From: Candidatus Latescibacterota bacterium
GTDB taxonomy: Bacteria > Latescibacterota > UBA2968 > UBA8231
Direction of reading: 5' to 3'
Assembly: GCA_965204725.1 (NCBI GenBank)
Contig: OZ242005.1
Location: 2,496,001-2,560,000 of the forward strand
DNA length: 64,000 nt
Shown: in pieces, positions 39,059-47,815 of the stretch
How the letters are laid out: each line of letters starts with the position of its first letter
Numbering within the stretch: the first letter of the stretch is position 1
Position numbers and translations under genes: made by a program
Notes under the pieces: generated by a model
The model's database searches: none
What the model was told of the DNA's origin: nothing
What the model saw: the letters and a program-made list of their open reading frames with translations, nothing else

Positions 39059-40303
39059 CTAGCGCAATCGCCCGGCGTCGTCAAAAGCCATCTCGGTTAG
39101 GGCGCCGGTTTGCGCTAGGTCGGGATGGTCGCCGAATTCTCGCAGCAGGCTGGCGGACAGTTGGATGTGACCGAGGTCGAGGGTGTTTTTGATGCGGACG
39201 ACGTGCGCCTGTTCGGGGTGGGCGAGGTTTTGCACCGCCAGCGCGGCCTCAATGGCGGCGCGGTCGGTTTCCATGACGACCGGGACGTACGCGCGGTTGA
39301 GGAAGGTGGTGGTGAATGCGTTGGCGTACGTGGCCTCGAAGTCAATGCGCTCGTACAGGCGGCGGGTGATGATGTCGGCGAGGCCGACGCCGTTGGCGTT
39401 GCCGTGCGTCTCGTCGGTCAGGTCGAGCACCACGATGCGGGCCGTGCCCGGCACCTCTGGCTCTTTGACGCCGGGCAGGAGCATGCGGCCGACGACGTTG
39501 GTGTCCATGCCCGTGCCCGAGATATTCTTGCCGATTTGCTCAATGATTAGCAGGTCAATGCCTTGGACCAAGAGGCGGGGCATGGCCTGCCGCGCTGCTG
39601 CCAAAAGCTGGGGCTCGCGGCTTTGGAACTGCTCGGGGCGCAGGGCCTCAACGCAGAGGGTCTCTTCATAAGCGTTTTCGACGAGGGCCACCCCGAGGAG
39701 GATCGGCACTTGGTCGAGGATGCAGCGGCCCCAAGCTGGAATCAGGCGGGCGAGGCGGTCGGCACCCCCGGCGTGGGCGATGGTCGCGCCGCGATGGCTG
39801 CCCAAGCCAATGGTCATCATCTTCATCAGGCCGCTTTCAAACGAGCCACGGAAGGAGGTGTGCGGCTTGACGCGATTGATGAGCACCACGCCATCGGCTT
39901 CGGTGGCGAGGCGGTTGAGCAGCACCGGGGTGCCGTCGCTGAGTTGACCTACTTCGACGACGTCCATGGTCGCCTCGACCGGGCAGCCCATGCTCGCGGC
40001 GTCGAGACCGTAGCTAGCTAGCACCTGCTTTTGGCCTGCGGCCGTGGCGCCGCCGTGGCTGCCCATGGCCGGCAGCAGGAAGGGCCGCCCGCCCGCCTCC
40101 TTGACCCAGTCGACGACGGTGCGGGTGATGAGCTGGATATGGGCGATGCCGCGGCTGCCGCCGGTAACGGCAATCCGGGCGTTAGGGGCGATGGCGTCGG
40201 CTAGGCCGGTGCGCGCTAGCTGGCGACGGACCTCGCCAGCCACGTCGGCGAGCGAGTCGCTGGCAAAGCGTTGCTCGACCGGGGCCATTTGCGGTAGTTG
40301 CAC
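39059..40303 (-). CDS. LarA-like/DUF362-domain protein
   Basis: GSRGI, PAMGSHGGAT, NRVKPHT.F, ESGLMKM, GKNISGTGMDTNV, GNANGVGLAD, RIKNTL. Confidence 0.75.
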   Translation of the reverse strand: MQLPQMAPVEQRFASDSLADVAGEVRRQLARTGLADAIAPNARIAVTGGSRGIAHIQLITRTVVDWVKEAGGRPFLLPAMGSHGGATAAGQKQVLASYGLDAASMGCPVEATMDVVEVGQLSDGTPVLLNRLATEADGVVLINRVKPHTSFRGSFESGLMKMMTIGLGSHRGATIAHAGGADRLARLIPAWGRCILDQVPILLGVALVENAYEETLCVEALRPEQFQSREPQLLAAARQAMPRLLVQGIDLLIIEQIGKNISGTGMDTNVVGRMLLPGVKEPEVPGTARIVVLDLTDETHGNANGVGLADIITRRLYERIDFEATYANAFTTTFLNRAYVPVVMETDRAAIEAALAVQNLAHPEQAHVVRIKNTLDLGHIQLSASLLREFGDHPDLAQTGALTEMAFDDAGRLR

Positions 40304-40313
40304 GGTGAGACCT

Positions 40314-40883
40314 CTATTCCTCGCCGACCAAGGCCGTGCGCAAACGCTGGGCGCGCTCGAGAATTGGCCGGGCCGGTTTGGGCACCGGCTCGGTCGCTGG
40401 GGCGATTTTCCAGATAAAGACGACCGGGCCTTCTTCCACAAAGTGCTGGTCGAGCTGGGCGTCGAAGTCGTCGCTGGTGTGGATGGTATAGACGCGCTGG
40501 AGGCCGGCCCCGCGGCAGATTTGCTCGTAGTCGATAAAGGCCGCGCCGGGCACGGGCTGGCTGCCGGTTACTTCGTACGTGCCGTTTTCAGTGATGACGA
40601 GGGTTAGGTTCGGGGCCGGGCGCTGGGCCAAGGTGACGAGGACGCCCAGCGACATGAGGGTGCTGCCGTCGCCGTTGAGGCACAAGACCCGGCGCTCGGG
40701 TTGGGCGATGGCCAAGCCCAGCGCAAAGTCGGCCGCGTGGCCCATGGCGCTTTCGACGTGGGCAAAGTCTAGCGGGCCGTCGGAGTGCTCGGCCCAAGGC
40801 ATGGCCACGCTCATGGTGGTGACCACGACTTCGTCCGTGCGCTGGGCGGCCAGTTTTTTGAGGCAGGTGTATTTGTCGAGCAT
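40314..40883 (-). CDS. TPP-enzyme C-terminal subunit (ComE-like sulfopyruvate/phosphonopyruvate decarboxylase beta)
   Basis: AMGHA, GDGSTLMSLG...N TPP motif, YEVTGSQP. Confidence 0.75.
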   Translation of the reverse strand: MLDKYTCLKKLAAQRTDEVVVTTMSVAMPWAEHSDGPLDFAHVESAMGHAADFALGLAIAQPERRVLCLNGDGSTLMSLGVLVTLAQRPAPNLTLVITENGTYEVTGSQPVPGAAFIDYEQICRGAGLQRVYTIHTSDDFDAQLDQHFVEEGPVVFIWKIAPATEPVPKPARPILERAQRLRTALVGEE

Positions 40884-40884
40884 C

Positions 40885-41379
40885 TCACGCAGTCTCCGCG
40901 ACTAGCAACACAGCGGTTGGCAACGAGGTCGCTTGGGCCTTGGCAAAAGCGGCGTCGATCTGGCCGCAATCGTCGTCAGTGTGCATGGCGGTGTAGGGGA
41001 TGTTCCAAGCCTTGAGGGTCGGCTCGAAGAAGGTGGCGGCCGTATCGACCCGGGGGCTTGCTGGGGCCATGGTCGCATAGCCGCGGTAGCCGACGAGCAT
41101 GACTAGGGGAATGCCCATGTTGTAGGCCGTGCCGCGGAAGGCGTCGCCGGCCTCCAAAAAGCCCGTGTTCTGGATCAGCACCAGCGGCTGGGCCCCGCCC
41201 AAATACAGGCCGGAGGCCAAGCCGTAGGCCTCGCCCTCGCGGCTGGTCAGGATCACTTCGATTGTGTCGTGGCGCCACAGGCGCTCGTACAGGACGCACG
41301 AGCCGTTGTCTGGGACGCCTAGCACGTGCGTGACGCCGTGCCGTTCGAGGGCGGCGATGATTTTGGCGGCGCGAATCAC
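40885..41379 (-). CDS. TPP-enzyme N-terminal subunit (ComD-like decarboxylase alpha)
   Basis: GVPD, SREGEA..LASG, IQNTG, IPLVMLVGYRG, EPTL. Confidence 0.75.
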   Translation of the reverse strand: MIRAAKIIAALERHGVTHVLGVPDNGSCVLYERLWRHDTIEVILTSREGEAYGLASGLYLGGAQPLVLIQNTGFLEAGDAFRGTAYNMGIPLVMLVGYRGYATMAPASPRVDTAATFFEPTLKAWNIPYTAMHTDDDCGQIDAAFAKAQATSLPTAVLLVAETA

Positions 41380-41383
41380 GGGC

Positions 41384-42580
41384 TTACTCGGCGAAGATCG
41401 CACGGGAGGAGATGCCGCTCTGGTGGCCTTCTTGCTGGATGCCGCCGATAAACTGGGCGGTGCGGCCAGCCGGGGCAGTGCCGACGTAGTACGCGCTGAA
41501 GGACTCGTTGAAGGCGGCTAGCGCGGCGCGATTTAGCGCGGAGTCGGCACCGGCCACGATGTAGGCGTTGTTGAAGACGCCGTCCTCTTTGAGGCCGGCA
41601 CCGCCAGCTTCCCTAATCCGGGCATCGAGCGTGCCGAGCTGCTCGCTGGCGTCGCGGCCGCCCACAGCCGAGAGGTGAACTTCGCACACGCCGTGGTGGC
41701 GCAAGCCCGCCCAAGTCGAGAAGCCGTCCTCTAACTGCCCCGAGCGCACGATTTCGACTTCGCCGGATACTACCCGCGGCTGCGGCTCGAGTATCCCGTC
41801 GAGATTGGGGATCCGCGACACCGGGTAGATCAAGCCGGCCGGGCGGTCGTCGCCGTAGTAGTCTGCAAAGACTTGGCGGGTGATCTCGACGCGCTCCCAC
41901 GTTTTGTCTGGAGCGTCATCTACGGCCACGAGGATCTCCATAAATACGGTCTGCTTTTTGAAGTCAATGCCTTGTTCGGCAAAGGGCTTGGCGTATTGCT
42001 CGTCGAGGATAAACCGCATTTCTTCGGCCAAGTCGGAGCCGAGCGTGGTGATGGTTTCGCCATCTCGCTGGTGCATGACCGACGCACCCGAGGGCTGGTG
42101 ATCGACCCACGTGCCGTAGTCGATTTTGCCGCTGCTGACGGAGACGGTCTCGCCCGCACAGGCCTTGATTTGCACCTCGAAGAGCGCCGCCGGATCCGGG
42201 AAGCCCTCGGGGTGCGTGAAGCGGGCCATGCGGTTGGAGCGCAAGGGGCCGCCGGTGACGGCCGCGATCATGGCCCCGTAGCAGGCGTTGAAGTCGTTTT
42301 TGCGCTGGTCGCATTCGCGGCGGTCCGCAGAAGGGGTGGTCCACAAGACGTCGGTCTTGTACACGTCAGACCAGTGGACGCCGCAAATTTCGAGGCCCTT
42401 GTTGAGGTTTTCGATGGTGCCGAACCACTCCGAGCCGACGTCGTTGGCGTATTGGGTGCCGACATTGCCCGAAGGCTCAACTAGGCGCACGACGTGGCCG
42501 TTGTCGTCGGTGATGAGTACTTCCGTGGGGTTGGAAAAGATGGCGATGGGGTTGTGGCGGACGATGTTGACTTGGGCCAT
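41384..42580 (-). CDS. Protein with three tandem YjgF/RidA-like domains (putative)
   Basis: Three ~130-aa segments each with Rid-like motifs (e.g. SGNVG..ENL..G..WSDV.KT.V..FN..Y..R..P.ALFEV); GAGGAG RBS. Confidence 0.55.
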   Translation of the reverse strand: MAQVNIVRHNPIAIFSNPTEVLITDDNGHVVRLVEPSGNVGTQYANDVGSEWFGTIENLNKGLEICGVHWSDVYKTDVLWTTPSADRRECDQRKNDFNACYGAMIAAVTGGPLRSNRMARFTHPEGFPDPAALFEVQIKACAGETVSVSSGKIDYGTWVDHQPSGASVMHQRDGETITTLGSDLAEEMRFILDEQYAKPFAEQGIDFKKQTVFMEILVAVDDAPDKTWERVEITRQVFADYYGDDRPAGLIYPVSRIPNLDGILEPQPRVVSGEVEIVRSGQLEDGFSTWAGLRHHGVCEVHLSAVGGRDASEQLGTLDARIREAGGAGLKEDGVFNNAYIVAGADSALNRAALAAFNESFSAYYVGTAPAGRTAQFIGGIQQEGHQSGISSRAIFAE

Positions 42581-42673
42581 GAGCTCCTCGGCTGATTTGT
42601 GATTGTGAAGGGTTGCGCGAATTATATGCAGAAAATAGGCGGTCGGCCGACGATAGACAATAGGGAGGAATAG

Positions 42674-43354
42674 ATGGCTACCTGCGCGGTACTCTTTGCC
42701 AAAAAACCAGCCCCCGGAGCGGTCAAAACCCGGCTCCAGAGCCAGTTGAGTGCCTCTGAAGCGGCGCGCCTGTACGAGGCCCTGCTGCTCGATTGCGCCA
42801 CGGCACTGTCTGCGACCCAAGCCGCGGCCAAGCTGGTGGCCTTTGCCCCGGCCCATGCCGAAGACGCCCTGCGCGCCCTGCTGGCCCCGATTGGCGAATT
42901 CGAGTACGTGCCGCAGATAGAAGCCGATCTAGGGCAGCGGATGGAGGCCCTAATGCAGTGGGCCTTTGCGCGCGGGGCCGAGCGAGTCGTCCTCGTCGGC
43001 TCAGACAGCCCTTCTCTGCCAGCCGCGTACATCGACGAAGGGCTGGAACTCTTGCGCGAGAAGGAAGTGGTCTTAGGCCCCAGCACGGACGGCGGCTACT
43101 ACTTGGTGGGCCGGCGAAAAGGGGATAGCCGGATATTCCAAGACGTGGCTTGGAGCACCGGAATGGTATTAGAGCAAACCCTAACGCGCTTGGGGACGCA
43201 GACCCTCGGCCTGCTGCCGCCTTGGTACGATGTGGATACGCCGGCCGAGGCCGGGTTCCTCAAGGTACACCTCGAAGCCTTGGCGCGGGCGGGCAGCACC
43301 CAAGGGCGGCACAGCTTGGCCGTGCTGCGCGACCTCGCGCTGCCGCGGCCCTAG
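42674..43354 (+). CDS. DUF2064/TIGR04282-type glycosyltransferase-like (CofC-related) protein
   Basis: FAKKP.PG.VKTRL, DLGQRM, GSDSP, LGPS.DGGYYL.G, WST, DVDT. Confidence 0.85.
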   Translation: MATCAVLFAKKPAPGAVKTRLQSQLSASEAARLYEALLLDCATALSATQAAAKLVAFAPAHAEDALRALLAPIGEFEYVPQIEADLGQRMEALMQWAFARGAERVVLVGSDSPSLPAAYIDEGLELLREKEVVLGPSTDGGYYLVGRRKGDSRIFQDVAWSTGMVLEQTLTRLGTQTLGLLPPWYDVDTPAEAGFLKVHLEALARAGSTQGRHSLAVLRDLALPRP

Positions 43355-43881
43355 CGGTCGGCTCTTCTGCGGAACAAGGCTTCCCAGCGATCGAGTTCGC
43401 CCGGGTCGAGGGACGGGTGCGATTCAGTGCCGTCGCAGGTCGGCGCAGGGGGGTTCGACGCTTGGACAGGTCCGGTCAGTTCGTCGAGAAAATCCTCCGA
43501 ACCGGTCCAGCGGATCCGATGGCGCTCGGCACTGCGCTGCACGGCGCGGTCGGAGCTGATGACCCGCAGCCACTTGGCACCGTGTTTTTTTGCCACCGCC
43601 TGCGCGATCAGGTCGTCGGCCTGCTGAGGGTAGCGCGAGAATTCTATGGTCAGGTGGGAGCTGCTTGGTTCTGCCGCACGCGGCGCGGTGCCGGTGCCGT
43701 CGTAGTACAGGGTAATGCGCTTGTTGGCGCGGCGGGCGTAGGCGGCGAGATCCTGCTGCAAGCGGCCCCGCGCTTGGTTTAGCGCGTCGCCGTGGCCTTG
43801 GAACAACCCGCTCGATTTGATGAGGTTGTAGCCGTCTATGAGCAGATGCTCTCTTTTGGCGTCCACCGCGGCCATCCTCAC
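43351..43881 (-). CDS. NYN-domain (YacP/Rae1-like) ribonuclease
   Basis: LIDGYNL, YDG, ADD.I, SSDR. Confidence 0.8.
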   Translation of the reverse strand: MRMAAVDAKREHLLIDGYNLIKSSGLFQGHGDALNQARGRLQQDLAAYARRANKRITLYYDGTGTAPRAAEPSSSHLTIEFSRYPQQADDLIAQAVAKKHGAKWLRVISSDRAVQRSAERHRIRWTGSEDFLDELTGPVQASNPPAPTCDGTESHPSLDPGELDRWEALFRRRADR

Positions 43882-45725
43882 GCGAACTGAATGCCTTGGG
43901 CGTTTAGCTGATAGGCGACTACGCTGCTTTTGGCAAAGGCCGCGCGTTGGCGCAACGTGTCGAGCCGAGCGCGCAATGCGGCCGCTTGCCCCTCGGCCGC
44001 GATGAGGAGCGCAAAGCCACCGCCGCCCGCCCCGGTGATCAGCCCGCCCTCGGTCAGGTCGGTGATCTGCGGATTTTCAAAAAGGTGTTGCAAGGCGTCG
44101 TTGGTGGCTTGGGGGTCGAGGATGCAGCGCAACCGCCAGTAGCGGTCAGCCAGCTGCCCCAGATCGGCGTACGCGCCCGCGCACAACGCGGCCACCATGT
44201 CGTCGTGAATGGCCAGCGACTCGCGGATGGCCGCATAGCGCGAGTGATCCCGCGACAGATAGACATCGAGAACGACATTGAGGCCGCGGGTGGCCGACCG
44301 CGACACCCCCGTGTCGAAGAGCACGACCCGCTCGGTGAACAAGCCCTCTTCTACCTCGGTGAGGAACGTGCGCTCGGGCGCGGGCAGGCCGTCGGTCGGG
44401 GGAGCGTAGAAGTTCTTGATGGCCGAAGGGCCGCCGCTGGCGCCGCGCGCGTCCTGCCAACCGCTGTTGAGGCCGAGGCTTTGTTCGAGCATGAGGCTTT
44501 GGTCGTACAGGCTGGGGTACTCGCACGCCGGCGCGGCATAGGGGTGGCCGGAGAGGTGGTAGAGCATTTTGAGGATCGCGGCGGACAAGATGCCGCTGGT
44601 TCCGAGTCCCGACCCTTGTGGCACCTTGCTACTAGTGGTGATTTCCAAGCCGCCGCCGCCAGCAAAGGCCGCGATGTCTTCAATGACGTCTGGGGAGTTT
44701 GGCCGCACGATGCCGGCGTGTACCAGCCCTTGCTTGACCAAGCGCAGGGCTTCGTCGCCGCTGCGGCGGTAGGCAAAAAATAACTCGCTGACGGTCGCGG
44801 CCGCGCTGTGTTGGTTGGCCTCAAAGTCGGCCTTGAAGTCCTGCGAGCGGGAGCGGAGGATGAGCTGGGGTTCGGCCAGCCTGCGGGCGGTAACTTCCAA
44901 CGGCGGCTGGGCGCGCTCTTGTCCGCCCTGTTGCAGGTTGACGGCGATATTGAGCGTCTTGCCGCCCTGTTCCTTGCTGCGCAGGTGATTGTCCGAGGCA
45001 TTGGCGCTGGAGATGCCCAAGCGCAGGGGCGATTGGATGCAAAAGGTTTGCTCGTAGGCCGATTCGATCATCCTCGGCCCGGTCGTGCGGCCCTTGCGGT
45101 CGAGGGCGGCCAAACTGCGCTGGAGGTCCATGCTCTGCAACTGGTTGATCCGCGCCTCGTAGGCCGCGGCCAGCTCGTCGATACGCTTGGCTTCTTTGAG
45201 TTGGACGAGGGCTGGGCCGTCAATGCAGCAGGGCGGCAGCGCACGCCGCCAAGCCCGCGACTCAGCGGCGAGCATCCGGTAGATGTCGGCCATGATGCGG
45301 GCGACGCGCATGCCGCGCATGCCGCGGACCGCGACATCGCATTCTTCTAGATAGGCATTGAGGCGTTTGAGCACCTGCAAGAGGGTCTTGGAGGGTTGGG
45401 ACGGTCGCAGCCGCAGCAATTGGCGGTGATCGAGATCGACCAAACCATCGACTACATCAACCATGAGTTGGGGCAGCTCTTTGGCGACCGCAGCGCCGAA
45501 GAGCGCGTCCCACTCGCGGGGCGTGGTCGCCGCTAGGAGCGCGTTGATGGCGGCCGGGGTCTCTAGGCTGGACAAAAGCACCCGGTTGAAGAGCAGGGCG
45601 CGGAGGAAGCGGTGCTTTTCTTCGGGTTTGCCGCCGGACCGCGCCCCATCGAGGATGTGATCGATGAGCGATTGGACTTCGCGCAAATCAGCGGCTTGTT
45701 CGAGACGTGCGAGGAATGCTTTCAT
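43878..45725 (-). CDS. GHMP-family sugar kinase (fucokinase/HddA-like) with N-terminal helical domain
   Basis: SPLRL, VPQGSGLGTSG, GWQD, TGAGGGGF. Confidence 0.7.
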   Translation of the reverse strand: MKAFLARLEQAADLREVQSLIDHILDGARSGGKPEEKHRFLRALLFNRVLLSSLETPAAINALLAATTPREWDALFGAAVAKELPQLMVDVVDGLVDLDHRQLLRLRPSQPSKTLLQVLKRLNAYLEECDVAVRGMRGMRVARIMADIYRMLAAESRAWRRALPPCCIDGPALVQLKEAKRIDELAAAYEARINQLQSMDLQRSLAALDRKGRTTGPRMIESAYEQTFCIQSPLRLGISSANASDNHLRSKEQGGKTLNIAVNLQQGGQERAQPPLEVTARRLAEPQLILRSRSQDFKADFEANQHSAAATVSELFFAYRRSGDEALRLVKQGLVHAGIVRPNSPDVIEDIAAFAGGGGLEITTSSKVPQGSGLGTSGILSAAILKMLYHLSGHPYAAPACEYPSLYDQSLMLEQSLGLNSGWQDARGASGGPSAIKNFYAPPTDGLPAPERTFLTEVEEGLFTERVVLFDTGVSRSATRGLNVVLDVYLSRDHSRYAAIRESLAIHDDMVAALCAGAYADLGQLADRYWRLRCILDPQATNDALQHLFENPQITDLTEGGLITGAGGGGFALLIAAEGQAAALRARLDTLRQRAAFAKSSVVAYQLNAQGIQFA

Positions 45726-45782
45726 GCGGCTCAGGGGGCGCGGGTGCGCTGAAAATTATACGCAAAAAACGCGCATCGCGCA

Positions 45783-46388
45783 TCAGCGGGGGGCGGCAGC
45801 GGGCCTTAGCTCGCCGGCTTCCACGGCAAAATCGAGGTGGTTTTGTCGCGGGGGCAGCGGGCAAATATAGGTGGGATTGTACGCGCAGTATGGATTATAA
45901 GCATTGTTGAAATCAAGGACGTACAGGCCATCGTCCGCCCGCGTCAGGCGCGCGTAGCGTCCGCCCTGATAGGTGGTATGGCCGTTGGTTGGATCCTTAA
46001 AGAAAACCTCTGCTTCGCCGGTTTGCGGGCTGCGGTACACCTCCAGCCAAAAATCGTTCTCGCCAAAGGCCGCGACAAAGCGCCCAAAGCGCTCGAGCTC
46101 GGTGGTAGTGCCGTCGGTATTGGGGAGTTCGACGATGCGCTGGCGGCCGTAAATATGCAACTCGCCCTTCACGCGATAGCGCAGGTCAATGGGATAGTAC
46201 GCAAGCCGCTCAAAGCGAGCGCGCTGCGCGGGCAGCAGCGGCGAATCCTCGCTTTTGAGCAGGCTATCCTTGTCGGCGCGAAGGGCTTCGATCTGGGCGC
46301 GGATGGCGTCGTCCGCCGAAGCCGGGCCAAAGGACGGGCACAGATAGCAGGCGATGCAGGCGATGATAATGAATAGGCTCACAGGCAT
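45783..46388 (-). CDS. DUF1684 exported protein
   Basis: SPL, YYPID, FKDPTNG..TY.GGRY, LDFNNAYNPYCAYN..CPLPP..NHL. Confidence 0.85.
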   Translation of the reverse strand: MPVSLFIIIACIACYLCPSFGPASADDAIRAQIEALRADKDSLLKSEDSPLLPAQRARFERLAYYPIDLRYRVKGELHIYGRQRIVELPNTDGTTTELERFGRFVAAFGENDFWLEVYRSPQTGEAEVFFKDPTNGHTTYQGGRYARLTRADDGLYVLDFNNAYNPYCAYNPTYICPLPPRQNHLDFAVEAGELRPAAAPR

Positions 46389-46564
46389 GACAAATTCTCC
46401 GCTCGATCTATTTTAGCGTCAACCTGCGGCCGCATCAAATTTGTCCCTCCTTTCTGGCCGCCCTACCTTTCTGCGACAAACAGGAGGAAAACCATGCGTC
46501 ACCGGAGGAAGTTCGGGACGGCACTGCCTATGGCTGGGGGTTGGTTCGCGCCGGTCTTTTAGCC

Positions 46565-47395
46565 ATGGGCGAAGGTTGGTCCATCGTCGAAGCGAGCCGC
46601 GTCGGGGGCAGGTCGCGGTTGACGTCCTGCTTGGCCGTCGCGCCGCTGAAAATTTTCAGCCCCAAACCCGAGGCCGATTACACCGCCGCCGTGCTTTCGA
46701 GCTATGGCGGCGGCTTGGTCGCCGGCGATTCCACCCGGCTGCGCGTGCGCTGCGGCCGCGAGGCCAAGCTCTTTTTGGGCACCCAAGCCTTTACCAAAGT
46801 GTACAAAGCCACCGACGGGCAGGTCGCGCACCAAACGCTCGCCGGGCGCGTCGAATCCGGTGCTTGCGTAGTATCGCTGCCCGACCCGGTGGTGCCCTAT
46901 GCCGACAGCGTCTTTGTACAGGAGCAGGTCTGGCATCTCGACGCGAAAGCCTTGCTGGTCTTGCTCGACAGCGGCACTGCCGGCCGGGGCGCACGAGGCG
47001 AGCGGTTCCACTATCGCTCTTATACCTCTAATACGTCCATCTACTGGGCAAGCGAATTGGTGCTGGCGGAACGCTTGAGTTTGCAGCCCCAGCGGCAGTG
47101 CCCCGACCGCATTGGAGCTTTCGGCCAATACACTGCCTTCGCCAACGCCTTTATCGTCGGTGGCCCAGCCCGCGCTGCCATCGAGCAAGTGCTGCGCCGT
47201 GTTCTAGCGCCGATGCTCACCCGCCAGCGGAGCGGGGCCACTCTGGTCTCACTCGCCACACCTCGTCCCGGAGTGCTCGCGCTCCGCGCCTTGGGGCGTA
47301 CCCATGGCGATCTAGCCGACATCTTGCACGCGCTGGCCACCGCCGTATCGCTCCCCCAAGTCCTAGGCGAAAACCCACTGCGCCGAAAGTACTGA
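46565..47395 (+). CDS. ureD: Urease accessory protein UreD
   Basis: PLK, YGGGLVAGD, TQAFTKVYK, LPDPVVPY, GRGARGERF. Confidence 0.85.
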   Translation: MGEGWSIVEASRVGGRSRLTSCLAVAPLKIFSPKPEADYTAAVLSSYGGGLVAGDSTRLRVRCGREAKLFLGTQAFTKVYKATDGQVAHQTLAGRVESGACVVSLPDPVVPYADSVFVQEQVWHLDAKALLVLLDSGTAGRGARGERFHYRSYTSNTSIYWASELVLAERLSLQPQRQCPDRIGAFGQYTAFANAFIVGGPARAAIEQVLRRVLAPMLTRQRSGATLVSLATPRPGVLALRALGRTHGDLADILHALATAVSLPQVLGENPLRRKY

Positions 47396-47710
47396 TCGCT
47401 TCAGCAGCCAACCCACAAAACACCACACTTTTGTCTTTTTTACGTATTCCCCCTAGCCGCAGCGTACTGCGGATGGTCAATTCGTCCCACCACAAGGCGT
47501 CTAAAAACGACATATATGTCTTTTGTAAATTCACAAAATAGCATTTTTGTCGTCAATCCATTGGAAAAACCAAGCAGCAAATCGCCAAAAATGCCATTTA
47601 CGTAGAAAAATTAAACAAAATTACAAATCGCGTATCTCTTTGGTACATAAAGATATAGTACCAAAAATGTTCCCTCCTGTTCCGTATCTGGGCTGCTGCG
47701 GCCGCCGTTC

Positions 47711-47726
47711 TGGTATCCTTTTTGCA
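47711..47726 (+). promoter_or_regulatory. Sigma54-type promoter of the urt/urease operon
   Basis: TGGTATC-CTTT-TTGCA with GG-N10-GC spacing, ~90 bp upstream of urtA. Confidence 0.6.
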
Positions 47727-47815
47727 ATAAGGGTGCAGCATCGGTCAGAGCGGACTACCGGAACGGTGCGTTCAGACCGCTTAACACCACAACCACCACA
47801 TCTTGGAGGGATTCA

